A DNA stretch of 64,000 nt from Candidatus Pyrohabitans jungbluthii (lineage in GTDB: Archaea > Hydrothermarchaeota > Hydrothermarchaeia > Hydrothermarchaeales > BMS3B): positions 1 to 64,000 of the forward strand of contig MTMD02000007.1 in NCBI GenBank assembly GCA_002010065.2. Reading direction: 5' to 3'. Positions within the stretch are counted from its first letter, which is position 1, and each line of letters opens with the position of its first letter. This document shows, one piece after another, positions 36,116-45,624 of the stretch. Position numbers and translations under genes: made by a program. Below the pieces are notes generated by a model. It did no database searches. It was not told the origin of the DNA and saw only the letters and a program-made list of their open reading frames with translations.

Positions 36116-37356
36116 GCGACCACCTCCTTCTCGAGCTTCTTTTCTACTAACTCGCGAAATGCGTCGAGATCAGGCTTTATAACAGGCGGCTTTGTTAAGT
36201 AGTTCGCAAGAACGTCCTGCGTCTTTAAGCCATTGCCTGTGATGTACGCAACAACACTCTCATCGCGGTCGATTTCTCCCGCCTCAACCAGCTTTTTAAG
36301 CGTGGCTATCACAACACCGCCCGCGGTTTCTGTGAATATACCCTCTGTCTTTGCGAGAAGCTTTATCCCCTCGATGATCTCGGGATCGCTGGCAGCGCCG
36401 GCTGTGCCTCCGCTCTCCTTAATCACCTTTACTGCATAGTAGCCGTCCGCTGGATTGCCTATGGCAAGGCTCTTCTCTATCGTATTCGGCTTCACGGGCT
36501 TAATGGGCTCGCCGGTGCGGAACGCCGTGGTTACAGGCGAACATCCCTCGCTCTGGGCTGCGGTAATGCGCGTGTCTGCGCTGTCTATTAAGCCTAGAGT
36601 CTCAAACTCCTTCAAGCCTTTGTATATCTTTGTGAGCAGCGAACCACTGGCTACGGGGATAATCGCCCGCTCTGGAGCGCGCCACCCAAGCTGCTCCGCA
36701 ACCTCGTATCCTAGGGTTTTTGAGCCCTCTGAGTAGAATGGCCTCAAGTTTATGTTCACAAAGCCCCAATTATAGTAGCCTGCGATCTCAGTGCACAGGC
36801 GATTGACATCGTCGTAGTTGCCCTCCACGCTTATAAGGTTGGGGTCGTAGGCAAGGGTCTGGATTATCTTCCCGAGGTTGAGGTTCGCTGGTATGAAGAT
36901 ATAGCAGTTCAGCTTCGCCTTAGCAGCGTGCGCTGCCACGCTGTTCGCCAGGTTACCTGTGGAGGCGCAGCCCACCGTATCGAAGCCAAACTCTATCGCC
37001 TTGCTCACCGCCACGCTCACAACGCGGTCCTTGAATGAGAATGTGGGGTTAACTGAGTCGTTCTTTATGTAAAGCTCCTTTAAGCCGAGAGCTTCCGCTA
37101 AATTATCAGCGCGGTGAAGCGGTGTGAAGCCTGCCTGCAGGTCAACGATGCTCGAATCACTCTCCACAGGCAGGAGTTCGCGGTAGCGCCACAGCGTGGG
37201 TGCACGCTTCTCAATCTTCTCTTTGCTCAGCTTCTCCTTTATCGCCTCGTAGTCGTACTCTACCTCAAGCGGACCAAAGCACTCCTCGCAGATGCTTATC
37301 GCCTCTACGGGGTAGCGCTTTCCACAGTTCCTGCACTTTAGGCTAATGACCGTCAT
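36109..37356 (-). CDS. Threonine synthase-like PLP enzyme with N-terminal Zn ribbon
   Basis: CRNC...CEEC, NPTFSFKDR, CASTGN, EGSKT, PVASG, ITGNGLKT; overlaps the carrier gene. Confidence 0.88.
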   Translation of the reverse strand: MTVISLKCRNCGKRYPVEAISICEECFGPLEVEYDYEAIKEKLSKEKIEKRAPTLWRYRELLPVESDSSIVDLQAGFTPLHRADNLAEALGLKELYIKNDSVNPTFSFKDRVVSVAVSKAIEFGFDTVGCASTGNLANSVAAHAAKAKLNCYIFIPANLNLGKIIQTLAYDPNLISVEGNYDDVNRLCTEIAGYYNWGFVNINLRPFYSEGSKTLGYEVAEQLGWRAPERAIIPVASGSLLTKIYKGLKEFETLGLIDSADTRITAAQSEGCSPVTTAFRTGEPIKPVKPNTIEKSLAIGNPADGYYAVKVIKESGGTAGAASDPEIIEGIKLLAKTEGIFTETAGGVVIATLKKLVEAGEIDRDESVVAYITGNGLKTQDVLANYLTKPPVIKPDLDAFRELVEKKLEKEVVAW

Positions 37357-37463
37357 GGTATCACCTTCCAGAATACAGATATGTAACAATATATATAATT
37401 TTCGGTAAAACTTATTACCAAAAGTAATATTAAAAAATAGAGAAAATAGAAAAGCTCCCAGCT

Positions 37464-37649
37464 TCAGCAGGAGCTATGCGAGATTGCACCCTCTGGACAC
37501 GCCTCTACGCAGGCGCAGCACTCCACGCAGTCGTCGGCGTTCACCACTACGCTCTTGCCGTCGTTCAGCTCATAAACCGACGAGGGGCAGGTGTCAACAC
37601 AGGTTCCACAGCCGACGCACTTTGCTTCGTCAACGCTTATGTCTACCAT
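37464..37649 (-). CDS. 2[4Fe-4S] ferredoxin
   Basis: CVGCGTCVDTCP and CVECCACVEACP. Confidence 0.92.
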   Translation of the reverse strand: MVDISVDEAKCVGCGTCVDTCPSSVYELNDGKSVVVNADDCVECCACVEACPEGAISHSSC

Positions 37650-37821
37650 TCTCTTCAACCTCCGACTTTTCAGGGTTATCGCTGCTTATTTAAACTTTTT
37701 GGTGACCTCGCAGAGCACGAGGCACTTAAGCCCAGAGGTTTAACAAGTTAAAACTGAACATAACAAAATTTAAATATGTTAAGCTAAAGCTATGCTTGGA
37801 AAACTAAAAGGAGGCTAAGTA

Positions 37822-38028
37822 ATGGCGAACATAGAGGTTGATCTCGACGCGTGTGTGGGTTGTGGCACCTGCGAGTCTCTCTGCCCAAGCACCTTCCAGC
37901 TTCAGGACGGCAAGAGCTACGTGATTGGTGACGGCTCAGACTGCGACCTGGAAGAAGTAGTAAACAGCTGCCCGACCAGCGCAATAACTGTCGAGGGCAT
38001 AGGTTCTGCTGAGAGAAAGCAGGTGTAA
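37822..38028 (+). CDS. Single-cluster ferredoxin
   Basis: CVGCGTCESLCP...NSCPTSAI; GGAGG RBS. Confidence 0.9.
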   Translation: MANIEVDLDACVGCGTCESLCPSTFQLQDGKSYVIGDGSDCDLEEVVNSCPTSAITVEGIGSAERKQV

Positions 38029-38148
38029 ATACCCCTCCACCTTTTTTAAATTTTAAAACTTACAAAATTTTATTCTGCTTTTATCAAAATTGGTTATTTA
38101 AAAAGTATCTAAATTTTAAACACAAAAAAAGACAAAAGGGGGAGGGCT
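38029..38148. terminator. Probable bidirectional T-rich terminator region
   Basis: T and A runs between the convergent ferredoxin and dsrB genes. Confidence 0.45.
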
Positions 38149-39261
38149 TTAGGAGAACTTCTTCATCTCCTTGCCCTTCACGCGAGCGCCGGCGTTCATG
38201 TCGCGGATGTTGAAGATGTAGTCGTCGATGTGCTTGTGGGTGAACTCCAAGCCAGTGCGTTCGAAGAACTCCGTCCAGCCGATGCGCTCTATCCACTCAC
38301 CCATGCGCTCGTCCGGCTTGGCATCGCTGGCCCAGGCGTCGATTATCTTCTTAACTGTCTCCACAACCTCTGGCCAGCGTGGCGGGTTGTTGGGTATGAA
38401 AGGCACCGCGAGGCGCGAGAAGGCGGGACCTCCTCTGGTGTTGGAGATCTTGCCACCCACCCAGATTGAAACGCCGTCGTTCTTGGGGTCAGCCAGTGGT
38501 GTGCCTGGGCAGAGACCATAGCAGATACCGCAGTACATACACTTCTCGCCGTCTATGCTAATGCTCCTTATGGTGGTGCCGTCCTCCTTCTTTATCATCT
38601 TGGGCTTTATTGCATAGGTTGGGCACGCGGCGATCATGCTGGGAATCTCGCACGCCTTGCTAACCACTTCGTCAATAACCGTCGGTGGGCGGCGGTGAAC
38701 GCCTAGGATAGCGATATCCGAGCAGTGCACTGCACCGCACATGTTAAGGCAGCCTGAGACAGCTATTGTGAGGCGCGTGGGAAGCTTCTCGCTCACGAAG
38801 TAGTCGTATAGCTCGTCCATGAGCACCTTCTGAAGACCTGGTGAGTCAGTTGCAGGTGTGTGGCAGTGCACCCAGCCGGTGCATGCTACGATACTGCGCA
38901 CAGTCCTGCCGGTACCACCTACTGGGAATCCCAGCTCCGCAAGTTCCTTCTTCAGGGGCTCCACGTTATCTTTATTGTCCAGGATGAACTCAACGCTGTG
39001 CCTAGAGGTAAAGCGCAGGTAGCCGTTGGCATACTTGTCAGCAAGGTCGCACAGCTTGAGCACAGTCTCGCTAGCGATAAACTTGGGCTGCCCGGCGCGG
39101 ACAGTGTAGGCTTCCTCACCGCTCTCGCTTACGTGCTTGTAAACCCCTGGCTCAAGCTCCTCGTGGTACTTCCACTTGCCGTAATTGCGCTGCACCACAG
39201 GGGGGAGCATCTCCTTATAATCTGGTGGACCAAAATCCAGCTCATCAAAGGAAAGCGCCAT
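38149..39261 (-). CDS. dsrB: Dissimilatory sulfite reductase beta subunit
   Basis: NYGKWKYHE, CTGWVHCHTPA, SGCLNMCGAVHCSD, CMYCGIC, NNPPRWPE. Confidence 0.96.
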   Translation of the reverse strand: MALSFDELDFGPPDYKEMLPPVVQRNYGKWKYHEELEPGVYKHVSESGEEAYTVRAGQPKFIASETVLKLCDLADKYANGYLRFTSRHSVEFILDNKDNVEPLKKELAELGFPVGGTGRTVRSIVACTGWVHCHTPATDSPGLQKVLMDELYDYFVSEKLPTRLTIAVSGCLNMCGAVHCSDIAILGVHRRPPTVIDEVVSKACEIPSMIAACPTYAIKPKMIKKEDGTTIRSISIDGEKCMYCGICYGLCPGTPLADPKNDGVSIWVGGKISNTRGGPAFSRLAVPFIPNNPPRWPEVVETVKKIIDAWASDAKPDERMGEWIERIGWTEFFERTGLEFTHKHIDDYIFNIRDMNAGARVKGKEMKKFS

Positions 39262-39274
39262 CTTCTTTCACCTC

Positions 39275-40444
39275 CTACTCCTCATCCACCTGTACTTCGC
39301 CCGGGAAGTAGAACCAGAACGGGTTGTTCCTGGGCGCCTTCACCATCGTTGGCAGTGGGTCAAGTCCCACTTCGTGGAGGAACTTGCCAGCGCCTATGCG
39401 GTATATGGTTTCGCCGATTCTCTCCTTCGCTCTGCCGTTCTCATCCCACCAGTCGAGAAGCTTGTACATCAGCTCTTTAAGCTCAGTGTACGGAGGCTCC
39501 AGCTTCATGAAGGGTATCAGCGTCCACGCCAAGAAGGCACCGTAGCGACCTCTCGCACGTCCGCCAACGAGTATCGTGGCACCCCTGTCGTCTCCTGGGG
39601 AGAGTGCCTTGGGCATCTTCTGCAGGCAGTACATGCAGCGCACGCACTCGTCGTTGTTTATCTTGAGCTCATTACCATCCCAGCTCATCGCATTTGTGGG
39701 ACAGTTTTTAACTATGTACTCCACATCCACCTTGCCACTCTTGGCGTAGTTCCTTACTTCCTCCTGATCTATCTTGATGTCATCGCGCCAAGTACCCATT
39801 ATAACGAAGTCTGCTCTGGGAACACCTGCAACGCAATCGGTGGGGCAGCCGGAGATCTTCACCTTGAACTTGTACGGGAAGCGCGGGCGGTGCATGTCGT
39901 TGAGGATCTCTTCGTCGGTCATCAGAGTGTGGTATATATCGTTGGTGTCTATGCACGCCATTTCACAGCGCGCGGGGCCGATACAGTTGCTCGCAGTACG
40001 GAAGTCGCCAGCGCTTCCTCCAATGTCCCAGTGCTCCTTCGCTGCCTCGTCGAAGAAGGGTTCAATGTTCTCAGTTGGTATGCCCACAACCTGCAGGTCT
40101 CCAGTGGCGCCGTGGAAGTTCATCAAACCAGAGCCGTACTTGTTCCACAGTTCAACAAGCTTGCGCAGCTTCTTTGTGCTGTAGAACCACCCGGCGGGCT
40201 GGATGAACCTTATTGTGTGGGCATCTGCGAGGATGTCACGCCTGTCAGAGACCCTGCCAATAACACCAGCGTCGTAGCCGGGAACACCCACCATGCCGCC
40301 ATGGGTCCAGTGGGTCATTTTGTCTTCGTAGTTCAGCTCATAGAGCTTGAGCAGCCCAGTGTAGCCCGTCTTTTTAATCTCTTTGACTATACTGGGCCAT
40401 GGCCCCTTTTCAAGCTCGTCCAGAAGAGGGGTTTCCGATGCCAC
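39275..40444 (-). CDS. dsrA: Dissimilatory sulfite reductase alpha subunit
   Basis: TPLLDELEKGPWPS, HGATGD, CIGPARCE, FPYKFKVKISGCPTDC, CVRCMYC. Confidence 0.96.
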   Translation of the reverse strand: MASETPLLDELEKGPWPSIVKEIKKTGYTGLLKLYELNYEDKMTHWTHGGMVGVPGYDAGVIGRVSDRRDILADAHTIRFIQPAGWFYSTKKLRKLVELWNKYGSGLMNFHGATGDLQVVGIPTENIEPFFDEAAKEHWDIGGSAGDFRTASNCIGPARCEMACIDTNDIYHTLMTDEEILNDMHRPRFPYKFKVKISGCPTDCVAGVPRADFVIMGTWRDDIKIDQEEVRNYAKSGKVDVEYIVKNCPTNAMSWDGNELKINNDECVRCMYCLQKMPKALSPGDDRGATILVGGRARGRYGAFLAWTLIPFMKLEPPYTELKELMYKLLDWWDENGRAKERIGETIYRIGAGKFLHEVGLDPLPTMVKAPRNNPFWFYFPGEVQVDEE

Positions 40445-40618
40445 CTCATTTCACCTCCTGCCTTAGTTACAACAAAATCTACCTACGCCTAGCGAATTGA
40501 ATTAAAGTTTTTTTGGTATATATAATTTTTCATTAAAGTGACCAGTCTGTGCAAAGTTGCCCACAACCGTGCACAATTTTACCTCGTTAGGCTACGCTGC
40601 GCCTATGGTTGTGGTTTT

Positions 40619-41161
40619 ATGGACAAGGAGGAATTTCTGGAGAGGTTCTACCTCGACGAGGAGGAGAGGCACAAGCGTGCGGAGCGCATAAGCAAGGGGA
40701 TGGTGCGCTACGAGCGCAAGAAGAACGCCATTTTCACCTTTAAAGACAGCGTTGCCAAAATCGACCTCTGCGAGGTGTGCAGGCATCCCAAGGGCGTGAC
40801 CTATACCCTGTGCGAGGTTGTGCCGAGCTTTGAAAATGTGGACGTTGGCGAGATGCTCGTCGAGGCGAGGGAGAAGGCAGAGGTGTTCTGCAAGAGCGAG
40901 GGCACCAGGGGGCAGTGCATAATCAACATAGTGATACCCCCGGAGCCTAAGATGATTATGGAGCTTGGTGAGCACCTCGACGAGATGACAAAGCTTGGAA
41001 ACTTCGCTGTTACCGTGTACGACACGAAGAGCGGGAAGATGGGAATGCTTGTGATAGATGAGAGCTTCCTTTCAGAGCTGCGCGAGGACCCCGATTACAA
41101 GGGGATGAGCGACGCCGAGATATTCACGAATTTTATGATGAACTACGCTGAGCTACTATGA
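40619..41161 (+). CDS. Hypothetical protein with CxxC, first gene of the operon divergent from dsrA
   Basis: 180-aa ORF with host-like codon use, LCEVCRHP; 4-nt overlap with the next gene. Confidence 0.7.
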   Translation: MDKEEFLERFYLDEEERHKRAERISKGMVRYERKKNAIFTFKDSVAKIDLCEVCRHPKGVTYTLCEVVPSFENVDVGEMLVEAREKAEVFCKSEGTRGQCIINIVIPPEPKMIMELGEHLDEMTKLGNFAVTVYDTKSGKMGMLVIDESFLSELREDPDYKGMSDAEIFTNFMMNYAELL

Positions 41162-42135
41162 CGCTGCTTTGCTTATCTCTGCACCACATAAAAACGAGCT
41201 ATAAGAACTTCTCCCGGGTTAGGTTTTCCTCTCCCTCGAGCTTTTATGAGGCCACTCAGAGCTTTGGCGAGCGAGTGTTATTCCAGACTGGCACCAGGGT
41301 TGAGGTATACACTACTGGCGATTCAACATCTGCGATGCTGAAGGTGCTATCACAACACAGTGGCATCGCAGAGGAGGAACTCTCAAAGCTGTTCATGGTT
41401 TACAGTGCCTCCGACGCAGCGGAGCATCTTTTCAGACTTGCGTGCTGCATTGAGTCTCGCGTGCTGGGCGAAACCTATATCCCCTGGCAGGTGGAGGCGG
41501 CGCTTGAGCAAGCTAAAGCGGCAGGTGCCGCTGGCGAGGTGCTTGAAAAGCTTTTCGGCGCATCGCTGCAGGCAAGCAGGAGGGCAATAGAGGAGACGGG
41601 CATAGCCAAAGGCGACCTCCACATCAGGGCACTGGAGGCGCTTCGTGCAGCGACAGAGCTTAAAGGAAAAAAGGTGCTCCTGTACGGCGCAGGTTTAACC
41701 GGCAGAAGGGTTGCAAAGCTGGCTAAGCAGCATGGCGCAAGCATCGCCGTACTAAACCGCAACTACGACATAGCGCAGCGATGTGCACATGAGATTGGCG
41801 CTGAGGCGCTTAATTATGAGGAGCGCAATGACGCGCTGAGGGATGCCGACATCCTGGTATGCGCCACTCTCGCCTCGCACTACCGCGTTACCCCGGAGCT
41901 TCTCGCTAAGCTTGAGCGGGAGAAGCGCCTTGTGATTCTTGATGTCTCACCCTTCAGAAACGTCTCGCCAGAGGTGGCGAAGCTTGGCTTTGTCACCCTT
42001 GTTAACGGCGGGGTAGCGAAGGCTGCGGAGGAGAACCTCAAGGCGATGAGGGTAGAGGTTCCCAAAGTGGAGGGGATAGTGGCTGAGGAGCTGGCCAAGC
42101 TCAGGGCTGAGCTTCCTGAGCTTTTTGAGGTGTGA
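41158..42135 (+). CDS. Glutamyl-tRNA reductase (HemA)-like protein lacking the catalytic Cys
   Basis: AEHLFRLACCIESRVLGE, YGAG, LNRN, DVSPFRNV; TCNRxE replaced by TGTRVE; short C-terminus. Confidence 0.8.
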   Translation: MTLLCLSLHHIKTSYKNFSRVRFSSPSSFYEATQSFGERVLFQTGTRVEVYTTGDSTSAMLKVLSQHSGIAEEELSKLFMVYSASDAAEHLFRLACCIESRVLGETYIPWQVEAALEQAKAAGAAGEVLEKLFGASLQASRRAIEETGIAKGDLHIRALEALRAATELKGKKVLLYGAGLTGRRVAKLAKQHGASIAVLNRNYDIAQRCAHEIGAEALNYEERNDALRDADILVCATLASHYRVTPELLAKLEREKRLVILDVSPFRNVSPEVAKLGFVTLVNGGVAKAAEENLKAMRVEVPKVEGIVAEELAKLRAELPELFEV

Positions 42136-42138
42136 ACC

Positions 42139-42336
42139 ATGCCCTACATAGCGCTTGAGCTTGGCGACGAGGATTTGGAGCATGCGAAGCTGGTGCTTGG
42201 CGAAGCATGCGAGAGCTGCGAGGTTAATATAGATGGCAGAGTGGAGAAAGGGATACTGCTGTCAAAGAAGACCCCTAAAAATCTTTACGCCCTCCTCGCG
42301 ATATACATGCAGAACCGCGTGGACTGGAGGCGGTGA
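42139..42336 (+). CDS. Small hypothetical protein (65 aa)
   Basis: GAGGTG RBS, 3-nt gap after the HemA-like gene; resembles the next ORF. Confidence 0.65.
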   Translation: MPYIALELGDEDLEHAKLVLGEACESCEVNIDGRVEKGILLSKKTPKNLYALLAIYMQNRVDWRR

Positions 42337-42337
42337 G

Positions 42338-42535
42338 ATGGGCTACGTGCTCCTCGAAGTCAGCGACGAAGCCTTCGCAGCCATAGAGGCGCTGTTAAAG
42401 GGAAGCTTCCGAAAGCTCAGCGTGGAGTGCTCCTCCTTCAAAGAAGGTGAAGAGGTTCTGGTTTTCGAGGAAAGGCTGAGCTCTGGCGACTACCACCTGC
42501 TCCAGTCGATACTGGTGCAGGATTTGGAGTGGTAG
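42338..42535 (+). CDS. Small hypothetical protein (65 aa), paralog of the preceding ORF
   Basis: GGAGGCGGTGA upstream; MGYVLLEVSDE...YHLL...LEW vs MPYIALELGDE...YALL...VDW. Confidence 0.65.
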   Translation: MGYVLLEVSDEAFAAIEALLKGSFRKLSVECSSFKEGEEVLVFEERLSSGDYHLLQSILVQDLEW

Positions 42536-42536
42536 G

Positions 42537-43745
42537 CTAACTCACGCGTCTCGAAAAATTCGTAACCCTCAGCTCATTCAGTATTGCCTCTTTATTCACA
42601 TCGGGAAGCTCAATTCTGCCCGGCACGTAGGCGCAGTAGGGGTCCTCCGCAAGGTAGTCCCCGGTTACAGCGTAAGCGCGAGAGCGCGAGCCCCTGCATA
42701 TGTCGTTGAACTCGCACACTCTGCACTTACCCTTAAGCTTCGTTGCGTCGTGGAGCTCTTTCAGCACCTCTGAGCTGGAGTATATCCCTTCCAGCGTATC
42801 CTCTCTCACGTTGCCAAGCGTTACGGGCATGAAGCTGCTCGGGTAAACTTCACCCTTGTGCGCCACGAATATTCCCTTTCCAAACACCTTCTTGTCTTTG
42901 GGCTTATAGCCGCTGCCCTTTACCTCAACCTCAGGAAGCTCAACATCGCGGGTTAGCTGCTCCAGCTTTTGCCTTAGATGCCCGTATAGCGCGCCCTGCA
43001 TCAGTGCGCTTTCGTCGAGCATGCCCTCTTCAACCATGCGGCGCATAACCGCAACCCGGCGATAGGGCTCACTCCCTGCGATGGCATTCACGGTGATAAG
43101 CGGTAAACGCATGACGTCGTAGACGAAGTTGAAGACATCCTCGTACTCCTCCGGCGAAAGCGCAAGCTCTTCCGTCGCTCTGCCTGTGGGGATGAGCATG
43201 TACAGGTACCAGCCTATTGCGCCCAGTCTCTTCGCGAGAAACATAATCTCGGGCAGCTCGCGCACATTGTGCCTGGTAACCGTCGTTAGGAGGCGGAAAG
43301 GCAAACGCAGCTCTCGCATTATCTCCGTAGCTTTAACCAGCCTTTCGAAGGTTCCCGGCACGCCTCTAAAAGCGTCGTGCTGCTCTGGTGTAGCCCCGTC
43401 GATGCTTATTGCCACTGTATCGCAGCCCGCCTCCTTGAGCTTCTCTATGTTCTTCCTGTTCAGCAGGGGCGTGGTGCTGGGCGCTATCGTAACCGTGAGC
43501 CCGACGTCTTTGGCGTAGCGTATTAGGTCAAAGATATCCTCCCGCCTCAAAGCGTTGCCACCGGTGATGCGCAGTATTGGATACGGCTTGCCAAAAGCGA
43601 CAATCTGGTCAATAAAGGCGTAGCTTTCCTCTGTAGTAAGCTCCCGCGGGTCTCGTTCTGTGCGCGCACTCGCCTTGCAGTGCTTGCAGCGCAACCCGCA
43701 GGCTATTGTAGACTCCCACATCACAGAAACTGGCTTGAGATGCAT
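42537..43745 (-). CDS. Radical SAM/SPASM protein (NirJ/Ahb-related)
   Basis: WESTIACGLRCKHC, ITGG, ISIDG, GKCRVCEFNDICRGSRSRAYA...DPYC. Confidence 0.85.
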   Translation of the reverse strand: MHLKPVSVMWESTIACGLRCKHCKASARTERDPRELTTEESYAFIDQIVAFGKPYPILRITGGNALRREDIFDLIRYAKDVGLTVTIAPSTTPLLNRKNIEKLKEAGCDTVAISIDGATPEQHDAFRGVPGTFERLVKATEIMRELRLPFRLLTTVTRHNVRELPEIMFLAKRLGAIGWYLYMLIPTGRATEELALSPEEYEDVFNFVYDVMRLPLITVNAIAGSEPYRRVAVMRRMVEEGMLDESALMQGALYGHLRQKLEQLTRDVELPEVEVKGSGYKPKDKKVFGKGIFVAHKGEVYPSSFMPVTLGNVREDTLEGIYSSSEVLKELHDATKLKGKCRVCEFNDICRGSRSRAYAVTGDYLAEDPYCAYVPGRIELPDVNKEAILNELRVTNFSRRVS

Positions 43746-43833
43746 CCCCCTACCACAGAAGCATAACAAGGTAAAGCAGTAGCAAGAATCAGCCGGGAAA
43801 CAAAAATCAGAAGGAGAAAAAGGGAGAGAGAGT

Positions 43834-45477
43834 TTACTCCTCGTCGCCGCCGGCGCCGCCTTCGTCGCCTTTCTTGGTCTCACCGCTGGCAGCGATGACG
43901 TCGTCGATGCGGAGTATCATCACCGCAACCTCGCTGGCGCTGTCTATCGCCTGGCTCTTCACAGAGAGCGGCTCCACTATGCCCTCGCTGTACATGTCTT
44001 TCACTTCACCCTCGTACACGTCCAAGCCGAAGCGGTAGCCTTTGTCCTCCTTCTCGTGCTTGGCGCGCAGGGCGACGACCATGTCTATTGGATCAAGACC
44101 TGCGTTCTCTGCAAGCGCGCGCGGAATCACCTCAAGCGCGTCTGCGAAGGCCTCAATTGCAAGCTGCTCCCTGCCGCCGACGGTCTTGGCATAGTCGCGC
44201 AGGCGCAGGGCAAGCTCTATCTCGGGTGCACCGCCACCAGCTAAGACCTTGCCGTCGCGTATGGCAGCGGGCACAACGCCCAGGCAGTCCTCAAGGGCGC
44301 GCTCCACCTCATCGACGATGTGCTCAGTGCCGCCGCGTATGAGTATCGTCACGCTCTTGGGATCCTTGCACTCGCGCACAAACACCATCTCATCGTCGCC
44401 TATCTTGACCTCCTCGACGATGCCCGCATAGCCAAGGTCCTTCTCGCTCAGGTCGTCGATGTTGGTCACTATGGTAGCGCCTGTAGCCTTCGCCAGCTTC
44501 TCCATGTCGCTCTTCTTCACCCTGCGTACGGCGAAGATGCCTTCCTTGGCAAGGTAGTGCTGCGCCAAGTCGTCGATACCCTTCTGGCAGAAGAGCACAT
44601 TCGCCCCGCTCGCCTTAATCTTCTCCACCATCTCCTTAAGCATGCGCTCCTCTTCGTCGATGAAAGCCTTGAGCTGGTTCGGGTCGGTGATGCGTATCTC
44701 GGCGTCGAACTCGGTCTTCTCAATCTCCAGCGGGGCGTTTATCAGCGCAATCTTGGCGTCCTTCACCTTGCGCGGCATTCCTGGATGCACGCGCTCCTTG
44801 TCTATAACTATGCCGTTGATGAGCTCAGTATCCTCAACGGCGCCGCCCTCCTTCTTCTCAAGCTTTATGTCGTCGGTGTCTATGATGTACTTGCCATTCT
44901 CCTTCTCAGCCACGGCGCGCACTGCCTTAACCACGAGGTCTGCGAGGTACTCCTTCGCCAGCTCTGCACCCTTGCCGGTCATCGATGTCATGGCTATCTT
45001 CTTCAGAAACTCGTCGTCGTTCACGTCTATGCTCTCTGCGATCTCCTGGAGAATCTCCTGGGCTTTCTCGGCTGCCATGCGGTAGCCATTGGCGATTATC
45101 GTGGGATGTACATCCTGGTCAAGAAGCTCCTCGGCGTTCTTCAGAAGCTCGCCCGCGAGTACGACCGCCGTTGTGGTGCCGTCGCCGACCTCGTTCTCCT
45201 GAGTCTTCGCCACCTCCACCATCATCTTCGCGGTGGGGTGCTCCACGTCCATCTCTTTAAGTATGGTGGCGCCGTCGTTGGTTACGACAACGTCGCCTAT
45301 CGTATCTACCAGCATCTTATCCATGCCCTTGGGACCCAGCGTTGACTTCACCGCCTCGGCAATGACGCGCGCCACCATTATGTTGGTGCGCTGCGCGTCC
45401 CTGCCGCGGGTGCGGGTAGTTCCCTCCTTCAGTATCAACACAGGCGTACCTCCAAGCTGGGAAGGTGCTGCTGCCAT
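43834..45477 (-). CDS. ths: Thermosome (group II chaperonin) subunit
   Basis: [33 protein letters not shown]. Confidence 0.98.
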   Translation of the reverse strand: MAAAPSQLGGTPVLILKEGTTRTRGRDAQRTNIMVARVIAEAVKSTLGPKGMDKMLVDTIGDVVVTNDGATILKEMDVEHPTAKMMVEVAKTQENEVGDGTTTAVVLAGELLKNAEELLDQDVHPTIIANGYRMAAEKAQEILQEIAESIDVNDDEFLKKIAMTSMTGKGAELAKEYLADLVVKAVRAVAEKENGKYIIDTDDIKLEKKEGGAVEDTELINGIVIDKERVHPGMPRKVKDAKIALINAPLEIEKTEFDAEIRITDPNQLKAFIDEEERMLKEMVEKIKASGANVLFCQKGIDDLAQHYLAKEGIFAVRRVKKSDMEKLAKATGATIVTNIDDLSEKDLGYAGIVEEVKIGDDEMVFVRECKDPKSVTILIRGGTEHIVDEVERALEDCLGVVPAAIRDGKVLAGGGAPEIELALRLRDYAKTVGGREQLAIEAFADALEVIPRALAENAGLDPIDMVVALRAKHEKEDKGYRFGLDVYEGEVKDMYSEGIVEPLSVKSQAIDSASEVAVMILRIDDVIAASGETKKGDEGGAGGDEE

Positions 45478-45600
45478 CTTCTTCCACCTCCTTTAAATTC
45501 TCCTCCTTATAAGCTATAACCGCGAAAATTCTTGTCAACCATTATGAGAGCGATGTTTTGCCTGGCGATTAGATTATCACCAGTTACCGTGGTAAAAAAT

Positions 45601-45624
45601 TTTAGTAACTATTGGTTAGGAAAG
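45601..45624. promoter_or_regulatory. Phr/HSR1-type heat-shock operator upstream of the thermosome gene
   Basis: TTTAGTAACTATTGGTTAGGAAAG fits TTTAnnnACnnnnnGTnAnnAAA; lies downstream of a minus-strand TATA at ~45652-45659. Confidence 0.65.

Noticed and set aside
36109-37356. Cysteate synthase (coenzyme M pathway)
   Set aside because: No adjacent comDE or aminotransferase; coupling to a sulfur carrier points elsewhere, though phylogeny is needed to exclude it
39374-40492. 372-aa plus-strand ORF, and similar long antisense ORFs at 33387-34319 and 44320-45345
   Set aside because: Shadow frames opposite well-supported genes, with no recognisable motifs
40768-40785. c-type heme-binding motif in the hypothetical protein
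   Set aside because: The sequence is CEVCRH (CxxCxH), not CxxCH, and there is no signal peptide
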